The translations under genes were made by a program, and so were the position numbers. Below, piece by piece: positions 21,152-30,454 of a DNA stretch of 64,000 nt. Numbering within the stretch: the first letter of the stretch is position 1; every line of letters starts with the position of its first letter. The notes beneath the pieces were generated by a model. That model was not told the origin of the DNA. It ran no database searches and saw only the letters and a program-made list of their open reading frames with translations. Source of the stretch: an uncultured bacterium (GTDB lineage Bacteria; Omnitrophota; Gorgyraeia; Duberdicusellales; CBEUCJ01); the NCBI GenBank assembly GCA_965541615.1, contig CBEUCJ010000004.1:21167-85166 (forward strand), written 5' to 3'.

Positions 21152-22048
21152 ATGCCAGAATTAATAATTATAGGAGCAGGAGTAGCAGGTATTAGCTGTG
21201 CTATATACGCAAAAAGAGCTAATTTAGATTTTTTAATATTTGAAAAAGGACTTGTAGGTGGTCAACTAAATTTAATCCCCAAAATAGATAATTTCCCGGG
21301 TTTTAAAGAGATTTCTGGACATCAATTAATAGAAAGATTGAAAGAACATTTAAAAGCTTTAGATATTAAGATCAATACTGAAGAAGTTAAATCTTTAAAA
21401 AAAGAGAATGAATTTTTTAGAGTAGAGACAGATAAAAAAACATATTTTTCAAAGAGTGTGGTGGTAGCTACGGGTTCTGTAGAAAGAAAATTAGGTATAG
21501 AAGGAGAAGAAGAGTTTTTGGGTAAAGGAGTCTCTTATTGTGCTATTTGTGATGGATACTTTTTTAAAGATAAATATGTGTGTGTTATAGGTGGAGGGAA
21601 TACAGCTTTGGAAAGTGCTTTGTATCTTTCTAATTTAGCTAAAAAAGTTTACATAATCCATCGCCGAGATAGATTCAGAGGGTTTGAGAGTTTAGCCAGA
21701 CAAATTGCTGAAAAAAATAATATTGAAGTAATCTTTAACCATATTCTATTGAAAATAAAAGGAACTCAAGTTGTAGAGAGTGTTTTTATAAAAGATACTC
21801 AAACCCAAAGTGTTAAGGAATTACCTGTAGATGGAGTGTTTGTATGTGTGGGAAGGAAAGGTGTTACTGAATTTATCAACAAAAGTTTAATAGAAACAGA
21901 CCCTTTAGGTTTTATAAAGGAAGCTAAAACATCAGGTTTTTTCTTTTGCGGAGATGTTATTTCAAAGCCTCATAGACAGATAGGTTTAAGTCTTGGTGAA
22001 GGCATACAAGCTTTTTTTAAAGCCTATGAATTTTTGAGAGGTTTTTAA
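21152..22048 (+). CDS. trxB: thioredoxin-disulfide reductase
   Basis: GAGVAG, GVSYCAICDG, GGGNTALE, HRRDRFR. Confidence 0.9.
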   Translation: MPELIIIGAGVAGISCAIYAKRANLDFLIFEKGLVGGQLNLIPKIDNFPGFKEISGHQLIERLKEHLKALDIKINTEEVKSLKKENEFFRVETDKKTYFSKSVVVATGSVERKLGIEGEEEFLGKGVSYCAICDGYFFKDKYVCVIGGGNTALESALYLSNLAKKVYIIHRRDRFRGFESLARQIAEKNNIEVIFNHILLKIKGTQVVESVFIKDTQTQSVKELPVDGVFVCVGRKGVTEFINKSLIETDPLGFIKEAKTSGFFFCGDVISKPHRQIGLSLGEGIQAFFKAYEFLRGF

Positions 22049-22071
22049 AAAGATTAGGTTTTCTTAAAAAA

Positions 22072-23049
22072 GTGTCTTCTTTCTTGAAAAATAAAAAAAA
22101 TTTAATTTTTCTTCTAAGAATAGGTGTAAGTATAAGTGTAATTTTGTTTTTATTTAAAAAAATACATTTTGCGCAGATTTTAGAAATTTTAAAAAAAAGC
22201 AATCTTTTTTTAATTTTGGTCGCCTTTTTATTCTGTATTCTGCTTCATTTTTTAGGAGTACTGAGATGGAAGGTATTAATAAGTTGCAATATGAAAACGA
22301 GTTTTTTTCATTTGGCTTTTCCTTTTTTTAGCGGGTTGTTCTTTAATCTATTTTTTCCTAGTGTTTTAGCAGGAGATCTTTTTAGAGGAGCGATTCTGTT
22401 TAATGAAAAAAGATCTGCTCCTTTTATTCTGACATCTGTTCTTTTAGATAGGATCATTGGTTTTTTAGCATTAGCGAGTGTATGTTTGATATCTTTTTTG
22501 CTTAATCCTAAATTGATGAGAGAAAAAGATGTTTTGGGAATAGTTTTAATATTCTTTTTTGGATTAATATTTACTTTATTGGTTATTTTTTCAAAAAAAG
22601 TTTTAAATATTTTTTCAAAGATATGTAAAAAATTATCTTTTAACTTTGAAAATTGGAAAAAAAGCTTAATTTTTTTTAGAGAAAATCCTAAAGTTATATT
22701 AAAAGCTTTGGGTATTTCTTATTTAATTCAAATAGGAAGCATTTTAAGCATATGGCTTGTTTTTTTATCATTTGGAAAGAGTTTAAATATCTTAGATGTA
22801 TTTACTTTAGGTACTATTTCTACATTTATAAGTCTGTTACCTGTTAGTATAGCAGGTTTGGGGATAAGAGACTTAAGTTTTATATTCTTTTTTTCAAAAG
22901 TAGGTGTTGAGAGTTCAGTTTCTTTTTCAGCATCTCTTTTAATATTCACTTACAATGTAATTATGAGTTTAACAGGAGGTGTTATCTTTGCTTTATTATA
23001 TAATAGATGGTTACAACTTAATAAACAGTTTACCTCTCTTAAAGAATAA
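22072..23049 (+). CDS. lysylphosphatidylglycerol synthase TM / flippase-like membrane protein
   Basis: RW..L, FN.FFPS..AGD..R, DR..G, LPVS.AGLG.RD. Confidence 0.85.
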   Translation: MSSFLKNKKNLIFLLRIGVSISVILFLFKKIHFAQILEILKKSNLFLILVAFLFCILLHFLGVLRWKVLISCNMKTSFFHLAFPFFSGLFFNLFFPSVLAGDLFRGAILFNEKRSAPFILTSVLLDRIIGFLALASVCLISFLLNPKLMREKDVLGIVLIFFFGLIFTLLVIFSKKVLNIFSKICKKLSFNFENWKKSLIFFRENPKVILKALGISYLIQIGSILSIWLVFLSFGKSLNILDVFTLGTISTFISLLPVSIAGLGIRDLSFIFFFSKVGVESSVSFSASLLIFTYNVIMSLTGGVIFALLYNRWLQLNKQFTSLKE

Positions 23050-23467
23050 ATCTTCATTAGAAGAAAAAAGACGCAGTCTCATAAATTTGATATCTAAATA
23101 TAAGCTGACAGGGAGCCCTCATAATAAAGTAATGATAGTCTTTGATGGAAAAGATGAATTTACAAGATTTCAGAAAGTATTTGATTTTGAAGTAGTCTTT
23201 ACAAATAATAAAGAAAAGGCAGATGATTTTATTATAAAAAAAGTAGAGGAATCAAAAAATCCACGCATAATAATTGTAGTTTCAGATGATAGAGAGTTAT
23301 GTTTTAAAGTAAAAAGACGCAGAGCTTTAACTCTTTCTGTAAAAGATTTTTTTGCTCCTTTATTTAGAAAGAATGAAAAAAGAGTTCCTGATAAATTTAT
23401 GTTGAGTCCTAAACAAATAAAGATGATAAATCAGGAATTAAAAAGATTATGGCTCAGAGAAGATTAA
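22979..23467 (+). CDS. NYN domain (YacP/Rae1-like) ribonuclease
   Basis: IIDGYNL, VFDG, ADDFI, VVSDDREL. Confidence 0.88.
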   Translation: MLSLLYYIIDGYNLINSLPLLKNKSSLEEKRRSLINLISKYKLTGSPHNKVMIVFDGKDEFTRFQKVFDFEVVFTNNKEKADDFIIKKVEESKNPRIIIVVSDDRELCFKVKRRRALTLSVKDFFAPLFRKNEKRVPDKFMLSPKQIKMINQELKRLWLRED

Positions 23468-23480
23468 AATATCCTTTTCT

Positions 23481-23933
23481 ATGATTGAAAAAGTATTTGT
23501 GAGTTCATGTTTGGTAGGGATTAAGACCAGATACAATAAAAAATCTGCTTATAATGAGAAGGTATTAGATTTTTTAAAGGATAAGATAGCAATAATAGGA
23601 TGCCCAGAAGTTTTAGCAGGTTTAAAGATACCTCGCCTTCCTTTAGAGATCAAAGGTAAAGTCCAAGATTTATTGAGAGGAGAAGCCAAAATAATAAACA
23701 AAAGAGGAAAGGACCTTACTCCAAAAATATTTACAGCGTGTTTAGAAATAGTTTTCATTTTGAAAAAATTGAAAGTAAAAACAGCTATCTTAAAGTCTTT
23801 AAGCCCTGTATGTGGGAGTGGTAAAATTTATGATGGGAGTTTTAAAGGTAGAATTATTAAAGGAGATGGATTATTAGCTTACTTATTAAAGAAAAACAAA
23901 ATAAGAGTTATAACAGATGCAGAATTTAGATAG
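23481..23933 (+). CDS. DUF523 / TudS (thiouracil desulfidase) family Fe-S protein
   Basis: SSCLVG..RY, CPEV.AGL..PR, LKS.SPVCG. Confidence 0.85.
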   Translation: MIEKVFVSSCLVGIKTRYNKKSAYNEKVLDFLKDKIAIIGCPEVLAGLKIPRLPLEIKGKVQDLLRGEAKIINKRGKDLTPKIFTACLEIVFILKKLKVKTAILKSLSPVCGSGKIYDGSFKGRIIKGDGLLAYLLKKNKIRVITDAEFR

Positions 23934-24987
23934 AGCTTTAAAAGTTTTAGGTAGTCTTTCTTATTTTGAATCTACAGGTTACCATCTAAAAAACAGTGAT
24001 TTTTTAGATTTTATTTACCCTGCTAAAGCAGGTTCAAAAATTTTTAGATTATTTAAAATTTTACAGACTAATTTTTGCGAAGGAGATTGTAAGTATTGTA
24101 TTAACAGAAAGTATAGGAACACACAAAGGTATTATCTTTCTCCTAAAAGATTAGCCTCAGTATTTATGGAGTATTATAAAAAAAGAAAAGTAGATGGTCT
24201 ATTTTTATCTTCTGGAGTATTTAAATCTCCAAATTTTATGCAAGAAAAAATGTTAGAGACGATTTTGATATTAAGAAAGAAATTTTTCTATAAAGGCTTT
24301 ATTCATCTTAAAATATTACCAGGAGCAGATTTAGAACTGATAAAGAAATTTATAGGTTTGGTAGATAGAGTTTCTATAAATATAGAAGCTCCTACTCAAA
24401 ATCTGTTTAATACATTGACCTCTACCAAAAATTTTAAAGAAGATATTTTAAAAAGGCTTAAATTCTTATCAGAGTTAAATAAGAAAAAAGTATTCAAAAA
24501 AGGAGTGACTACTCAAATGATAGTTGGAATCTCAAATGAAAAAGACATTAATGTCTTAAAATCAGCTTATTTTCTTTACAAAAATTTCAATTTAAGTAGA
24601 GTCTATTACAGTGGCTTTATTCCTGTAAAAAATACGCCTTTAGAGAATCTTCCTATGTGTTCTTTAAAGAGAGAGTTGAGAATTTATCAAGCAGATATTT
24701 TATTAAGAAAGTATGGTTTTTCTGTTGAGGATTTAGTCTTTGATAAAGAAGGAAATCTTCCTTTACATACAGATCCTAAAACTTTATATGCTTTAAATCA
24801 TCCAGAATTATTTCCTATTAATATTAATAAAGCTAGTTTTAAAGAACTGTTGAAAATCCCTGGAGTAGGACCTATTAGTGCAAAAAGGATTTTATTTTTG
24901 AGAAAAGAAAAAAAGATATCTAAATTGACTGAATTAGAAAAAATAGGAGTAAACCTTAAAAGAGCCAAAGACTATGTTAAGTTCTAA
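23917..24987 (+). CDS. putative DNA modification/repair radical SAM protein with HhH
   Basis: CEGDCKYC, GLFLSS, HLKILPG, RE.RIYQAD.L.R.YGF, IPGVGP. Confidence 0.88.
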   Translation: MQNLDRALKVLGSLSYFESTGYHLKNSDFLDFIYPAKAGSKIFRLFKILQTNFCEGDCKYCINRKYRNTQRYYLSPKRLASVFMEYYKKRKVDGLFLSSGVFKSPNFMQEKMLETILILRKKFFYKGFIHLKILPGADLELIKKFIGLVDRVSINIEAPTQNLFNTLTSTKNFKEDILKRLKFLSELNKKKVFKKGVTTQMIVGISNEKDINVLKSAYFLYKNFNLSRVYYSGFIPVKNTPLENLPMCSLKRELRIYQADILLRKYGFSVEDLVFDKEGNLPLHTDPKTLYALNHPELFPININKASFKELLKIPGVGPISAKRILFLRKEKKISKLTELEKIGVNLKRAKDYVKF

Positions 24988-25759
24988 AGACTGGATAAAG
25001 TTTTTAGGGACAGCTGGTGCTAGATTTGTGATGATAAAACAATTAAGATTTTCAGGTGGTATTTGGTTACATCTAAAAGGAAAAAATATTATCTTAGATC
25101 CAGGACCTGGAAGTCTTTTAAGATGTGCAAAATCAAAACCTCCTTTAGATGCCACAAAATTAGATGCTATAATTTTAACTCATAAACATTTAGATCACTC
25201 TTGTGATGTAAACGTAATGATTGAAGCTATGACTGAAGGAGGTTTTAAAAAGAGAGGAGTTCTTTTTTGTCCAAGAGATTGCTTAGATACAGATCCAGTA
25301 GTTTTAAATTATTTGAGACCTCATTTAGAAAAGATAGAGATTTTAGAAGAGAATAAGAGTTTCAGACTTAAAGATTTAGAGTTTTTTTGTCCATTTAGAA
25401 ATATCCACCCTGTAGAGACCTATGGAATAGTATTCAAATTAAATAATATTAAAATTTCTTTTGTTTCAGATACTGCTTTTTGTCCTGAGATCATAGAGAA
25501 ATATAAAGCTGAGGTTATGGTATTAAATGTAGTTTTTTTTAAAAAGAGACCTGAATTTCAGCATTTAAGTTGCGAGGATGCAGAAGAGATTATAAAAAGA
25601 GCAAAACCTAAACTTACAATCTTAACTCACTTTGGTATGACTATGCTAAGAAATAACCCTGAAAAAATAGCCAGAACTTTGTCTCAAGCTACAAATCTGA
25701 AAGTTATAAGTGCTTGGGATGGGATGAGTATAGATTTGGAAAATATAGAAAATATTTAA
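24974..25759 (+). CDS. MBL-fold metallo-hydrolase (RNase Z/PhnP-like)
   Basis: FLGTAG, DPGPG, THKHLDH, SDT, LTH. Confidence 0.88.
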   Translation: MLSSKDWIKFLGTAGARFVMIKQLRFSGGIWLHLKGKNIILDPGPGSLLRCAKSKPPLDATKLDAIILTHKHLDHSCDVNVMIEAMTEGGFKKRGVLFCPRDCLDTDPVVLNYLRPHLEKIEILEENKSFRLKDLEFFCPFRNIHPVETYGIVFKLNNIKISFVSDTAFCPEIIEKYKAEVMVLNVVFFKKRPEFQHLSCEDAEEIIKRAKPKLTILTHFGMTMLRNNPEKIARTLSQATNLKVISAWDGMSIDLENIENI

Positions 25760-25764
25760 AAATT

Positions 25765-26130
25765 ATGTGTGCAGATTACAAATTTCAGGAAAAAAGAAGA
25801 TGTGGTAGATGGAAGATAGGAGGTTTAGTTTTTATTAAGAAAGGGGATGAAGAAATAAGAGGATTTTGTGAAGATGTAAGTTTTAAAGGAATTAGAATCA
25901 TTGTGTTTAGAGATTTAGATTTATCAGAAATTTTTGAATTAACATTGACTTTTCCTGAAAGAAGACCTATAAAGACTATATGTAAAGTAATATGGAAAAA
26001 AGAGATTTCAAATAATAAATTGCGAGCAGGTTTATCATTTTTAAAGATCTCAGATGCAGATAAAGAAGAGATATTTGATTATGTGTTAAAGACAGATCCT
26101 CTTCAACTTTCAAATTCCTGGTGGAGGTAA
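25765..26130 (+). CDS. PilZ domain protein
   Basis: RRCGR (RxxxR) and DVSFKG (DxSxxG); ATG 25765. Confidence 0.8.
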   Translation: MCADYKFQEKRRCGRWKIGGLVFIKKGDEEIRGFCEDVSFKGIRIIVFRDLDLSEIFELTLTFPERRPIKTICKVIWKKEISNNKLRAGLSFLKISDADKEEIFDYVLKTDPLQLSNSWWR

Positions 26131-26136
26131 ATCTTT

Positions 26137-26487
26137 ATGGAAGAAAATTTTTCTGAGATTTGTTTAAAATGTATGAAATGCTGCAAAGGAGAAGGCTTTG
26201 TGTTTTTGAAAGAATCTGAGATTAAACAGATTTCAGATTTTTTAGGTATAAAGCCTGAAGTTTTTTTAGAAAAATTTTGTGAAAATAAAATGGGCAGAGT
26301 AGTTTTAAAATCAAAACCCAATTCAGAATGTATTTTTTTAACCAAGTCAGGATGTAAGATTTATCCTGTAAGACCTGAACAATGCAAAACTTTTCCTTTT
26401 AAATGGAAATATCCAGGAGCAGAATCTGAATGCCTTTTGTTAAGATTGAAATTAGTTTCTCCAGTTGATTCAAACTCAGATTCTTAA
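26137..26487 (+). CDS. YkgJ / CxxCxxCC Fe-S or Zn cluster protein
   Basis: CLKCMKCC, CIFL...GCKIY..RP.QC..FPF. Confidence 0.88.
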   Translation: MEENFSEICLKCMKCCKGEGFVFLKESEIKQISDFLGIKPEVFLEKFCENKMGRVVLKSKPNSECIFLTKSGCKIYPVRPEQCKTFPFKWKYPGAESECLLLRLKLVSPVDSNSDS

Positions 26488-27316
26488 AAAAATAGTTCAG
26501 GTTCCAAAGGATATAATAATCTTAGGAGAAACAGATACTGGCAAAAGCTATTTAGCTTTTGAAATCTTAAAAGTTTTAAAAGAAAGAAATTTAAATTTTG
26601 GATATTTGAATTCAGATGTAGGACAATCTCAAATTGGGGTGCCATCTGTTTTGAGTTCGGTCTACTTTAAAAAGAAGATATTTAAAAAAATTAATCCTGA
26701 GTTAAAAATATTTTTTGGGGATATCACACCTTCTTCTAATATTGAATGGTTTTTATTGTGTTTTTTAAAACTTTACAAAGAATCAAAAAAATTTATGCAA
26801 AATTTAATTATTGACACAACAGGTTTCATAAAGCAACCTGCAGCACATCTTCTAAAATTATTAAAAGTAAATATCCTTGAAGACTGCTACATTATATGCA
26901 TAGGAGAATCAAAGAAATTTGAATTTCTGAATGGAGTTAAAAAAGAAAAGATTTTTTTAAAGCCACATTTTAGAGTTAAGAAAAAAAGTGCCAAAAAAAG
27001 AGAGATATACAGACAATTCAGATTTAAAAATTATTTTAAAAATTTTAAAAAAATTTCTTTAAGATTTAAAACTAAAAAGAAAATAATAGAAAATCAACTT
27101 ATAGGTTTCCAAAATTCAGATGGATTTTTAGAATATTTAGGAGTAGTAGATAAGATTAAGAAAGGTCATTTGGAGATTTTAGTTCCTCATTATTTTGATT
27201 TCAAAAGAATTAACAGTATTATTTTAGGAAATTTAATTTTAGATGTTAAAAAAGGAACTCATCAAAGAATATCTTCTCATTTTATGCCTACAAAGTTACT
27301 TTGTATGATAAAATAA
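26465..27316 (+). CDS. Clp1/Grc3-like polynucleotide 5'-OH kinase
   Basis: GETDTGKS, DVGQSQIG.P, IIDTTG. Confidence 0.8.
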   Translation: MIQTQILKKIVQVPKDIIILGETDTGKSYLAFEILKVLKERNLNFGYLNSDVGQSQIGVPSVLSSVYFKKKIFKKINPELKIFFGDITPSSNIEWFLLCFLKLYKESKKFMQNLIIDTTGFIKQPAAHLLKLLKVNILEDCYIICIGESKKFEFLNGVKKEKIFLKPHFRVKKKSAKKREIYRQFRFKNYFKNFKKISLRFKTKKKIIENQLIGFQNSDGFLEYLGVVDKIKKGHLEILVPHYFDFKRINSIILGNLILDVKKGTHQRISSHFMPTKLLCMIK

Positions 27317-27352
27317 AAAAATGAGATTGATTTGTGAGGTAAAAATTGTGAA

Positions 27353-28198
27353 ATGAATTGTAAAAAAGAATTAGAAACCTTAAAAAAGTATTTCCAAAAA
27401 GAAAATGAAGTAATATTAGCTTTCCTTTTTGGTTCTCATGCAGAGGAGAGAGCGAGAAGCTTTTCTGATTGGGATATAGGAGTTTATTTTAAGCCAAAAG
27501 AATATTTAGAATTAGTTTCATCTTGTAGATACCCAAAAGAAGAAAAAATCTGGTCTGATTTGGTAGAGATATTAAAAACAGATAATATTGATTTTGTAGT
27601 ATTAAACAGAGCCTCTCCTGATTTAGTTTATAAAGTGTTAAAAGATGGGATCCCTTTAACAATTAAAGATGAAAAATTGTATTATGATCTTTTATGTAAA
27701 GCAAGTTATGAATCAATAGATTGGTGGCAATTTGTAGATGAATACTGGAGAATAAGAGAAAATGCAAAGTCTTTGAGTCCTCAGGCAAAAGCGCAGGTTC
27801 AGAAAAGGCTTATTTTTTTAGAAGAACAATTTCAGGATTTTGAATATTTTAAAAAATTAACTTTTTCTGTTTATTCTACAGATAGAAAGGAACGCAGAAA
27901 TGTAGAAAGATGGATAGAGAATTTGGTAATTTCAGCTATAGATATTGCTCAGATTTTTTTAGCTTCAGATAAAAAAGAGATTCCTCAAACTTACAAAGAG
28001 ATTTTAAAAGTATTCACCACTATTTACCTTAACTTTCCTCCTGAATCTGCTGAGAAATTTTCTGATTTTGTAAAATTGAGAAATATAATTACCCATGAAT
28101 ATTTAGATATTAGATGGCAAAAGATAAAAGATTTTATTGACCAAGGCTATTTTTTATATTCCCAGTTTATAGAAAAAGTAAAAGCTAAATTATTGTAA
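27353..28198 (+). CDS. MNT nucleotidyltransferase-HEPN (DUF86/HepT) fusion
   Basis: N-terminal FLFGSH...SDWDIGV; C-terminal RNIITHEY (RX4HXY). Confidence 0.88.
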   Translation: MNCKKELETLKKYFQKENEVILAFLFGSHAEERARSFSDWDIGVYFKPKEYLELVSSCRYPKEEKIWSDLVEILKTDNIDFVVLNRASPDLVYKVLKDGIPLTIKDEKLYYDLLCKASYESIDWWQFVDEYWRIRENAKSLSPQAKAQVQKRLIFLEEQFQDFEYFKKLTFSVYSTDRKERRNVERWIENLVISAIDIAQIFLASDKKEIPQTYKEILKVFTTIYLNFPPESAEKFSDFVKLRNIITHEYLDIRWQKIKDFIDQGYFLYSQFIEKVKAKLL

Positions 28199-28275
28199 TA
28201 ACCTGTAATTATATAGCACTCTCTTCAGCGAAGCACAGAAAAGTAATTTTGAGAAAGTATGGTATAATAGGAAAT

Positions 28276-28638
28276 GTGAAAGAAGAGCAATTGAAAACAA
28301 AAATCATAGAAATTTTTGACAAATATTTAGGAGAAGAATATATATTATTTCTTTTTGGCTCTTCTTCTAAAAAAACTTCTGATATTACTTCAGATATAGA
28401 TTTGGCAGTTTATTGTGATTATACTATTTCTCCTCTTTTAGTTCTTAAAATAAAAGAAGAACTTGAGCATAAACTACATACTCTAAAGGATATAGATTTG
28501 ATAAACCTCACTGATACCACTATAAATAAAAATTTGTTAGAAAGCATCCTAAGGGAGAGCATTTTATGGAAGAAAGGCAAAAATTATCAAGAACTTTTGA
28601 AAAGTTTGAGAGAGCGTTTAGAAAATTTGAAGAGGTAG
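28276..28638 (+). CDS. MNT nucleotidyltransferase antitoxin
   Basis: FLFGS-X10-DID, IDLINL; GTG 28276 (ORF track 28249). Confidence 0.85.
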   Translation: MKEEQLKTKIIEIFDKYLGEEYILFLFGSSSKKTSDITSDIDLAVYCDYTISPLLVLKIKEELEHKLHTLKDIDLINLTDTTINKNLLESILRESILWKKGKNYQELLKSLRERLENLKR

Positions 28639-28994
28639 TAAGATCACCCTATCTTTTTGAGTTTTTAAATGAAGAATTAATAATTGAAATATCTACTAAG
28701 AGATTTGAATATACTTTTGAAAGCCTATGGAAGACATTGAAAGAATTTTTGAGAGTAGAAGGAGTAATTTGTTCTACACCTTTGCAGTGCTTTAAAGAAG
28801 CTTTTAAAAGAGGACTTATAAAAGAAGAAGATGAGAGTATATTTGCTCAAATGATAGAAAAAAGAAATAGGATAGTTCATATATGTGGACTCGAAGAAGC
28901 AAAAGAGATTTATGAATTTATAAAGAAAGAAGAAGTGTATTCTGCTCTCCAGAATATTTATGAGAAACTAAAGGACACAATAAAATCTTCTTAA
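28566..28994 (+). CDS. HI0074-family HEPN protein
   Basis: KRFEYTFE..WK.LK, RNRIVH. Confidence 0.88.
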   Translation: MEERQKLSRTFEKFERAFRKFEEVVRSPYLFEFLNEELIIEISTKRFEYTFESLWKTLKEFLRVEGVICSTPLQCFKEAFKRGLIKEEDESIFAQMIEKRNRIVHICGLEEAKEIYEFIKKEEVYSALQNIYEKLKDTIKSS

Positions 28995-29173
28995 TCTAAG
29001 AATTTTGAATATTAAAAAATAGATCAACATTTAGTATTAGAAACAATAGCCTATTGTTTTAGCTATATTCTGATAAGTAAGATTCTTTTGAGCAGATAAT
29101 TTTGGTATATAGGCTTTTTAACTTTTTAAATATACTATGTGCCTTTACTTTTCTTGACAATAAAAATAAAAGA

Positions 29174-29201
29174 TTAACAAAAAGATGAAGTAATGTATAA
29201 T
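29174..29201 (+). promoter_or_regulatory. promoter of KS cluster
   Basis: TTAACA 29174, 16 nt spacer, TATAAT 29196-29201; TTGACA also at 29154. Confidence 0.45.
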
Positions 29202-29211
29202 AATTTAAATA

Positions 29212-30447
29212 ATGAAAAGAAAATTTGTAATTACAGGAATTGGAGTGGTAAGTTCAGTTGGAATTGGAAAAGAAGAATTTTGGAATGCATTAAAAGAAGG
29301 CAGACAAGGAGTAAAAGAAATAGAATATCCTGAGTTAAAAGAATTAAAAGTAAGAAAAGCTTACCAAGTTTCAGATTTAGAACCTGCTAAGTTTTTAGGT
29401 CATAAAGGATTAAGGAATTTAGATAAGCCAACTAAATTACTGCTAATTTCTGCAAAGTTAGCTTTAGAGGATGCAAATTTAGAAATTACAGAAAAAAATA
29501 CAGATTGTGTAGGAGTAGTTACAGGCACAACTTTAGGGAGTATTCCTTCTATAACTGAGTTTAATAAAGAAGTTCTTTTGGAGGGAATAGAATTTTCAAA
29601 CCCTGCACTTTTTCCTAACACAGTAATAAATGCTCCCTCTTCTCAAATTTCTATAAGATTTGGTATTCAAGGGTTTAATACTACCATTTCTACAGGTTTT
29701 ACTTCAAGTTTAGATGCGTTAAAATACGCTTTAGATTTTCTGGAATTAGAAAAAGCTCAACAGATTTTAGTAGGAGCTGTAGAGAGTTTAGATTTTTCTA
29801 TTTACTTTGGATTTTATAAATTGGGGTATTTAGCAGGAATAAGAGGACCTGAGATTATGTGTCCTTTTGATAGAAGAAGAAATGGAGTAATTTTAGGAGA
29901 AGGAGCAGTGAGTTTAATTTTAGAGACAGAATCTGAAGCAAAAAAAAGAAAGGCGAAGATTTATGCTGAGGTCAAAAGTTGTGTCCAATTTTTTGATGGA
30001 TTTAGGTTAGGCAAAATTCATCCTCAAGGAGAAGGTTTAGAAAGAGCTATAAAGAAAGCTGTGGAGATATCAGGATTAGATTTAAAAGATTTTGATTATG
30101 TAAACTGTTCTGCAAACTCCACAAAAGATTTAGATAAGATTGAACTTAATGTTTTAGAAAAAACTTTTGGGAAAAGATTATTAAAAAAAATTCCAATAAC
30201 TTCTATAAAATCTATGATCGGTGAGACTTATTCAGCTTCTGGAGCTTTTCAGATAGCAAGTTGCGTAGGAAGTTTTGTAAAGGGATTTATTCCAAGAACT
30301 TTAAATTATAAAGAAAAAGATCCTCAGCTTCCAGAGGTTAACATAGTAACTGATGATATGATAAAAAGTAAAATAAATAATATTTTAATTTCATGTTTTG
30401 GTCCGGGAGGATACAACTCAGCTTGCGTAATAAGTAGATATTCTTAA
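29212..30447 (+). CDS. ketosynthase-like chain-length factor (catalytically inactive KS)
   Basis: KS fold but STGFTSS replaces TACxS, NCSANS replaces HGTG, GETYSA replaces GHxxGA. Confidence 0.85.
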   Translation: MKRKFVITGIGVVSSVGIGKEEFWNALKEGRQGVKEIEYPELKELKVRKAYQVSDLEPAKFLGHKGLRNLDKPTKLLLISAKLALEDANLEITEKNTDCVGVVTGTTLGSIPSITEFNKEVLLEGIEFSNPALFPNTVINAPSSQISIRFGIQGFNTTISTGFTSSLDALKYALDFLELEKAQQILVGAVESLDFSIYFGFYKLGYLAGIRGPEIMCPFDRRRNGVILGEGAVSLILETESEAKKRKAKIYAEVKSCVQFFDGFRLGKIHPQGEGLERAIKKAVEISGLDLKDFDYVNCSANSTKDLDKIELNVLEKTFGKRLLKKIPITSIKSMIGETYSASGAFQIASCVGSFVKGFIPRTLNYKEKDPQLPEVNIVTDDMIKSKINNILISCFGPGGYNSACVISRYS

Positions 30448-30454
30448 AATTCTT

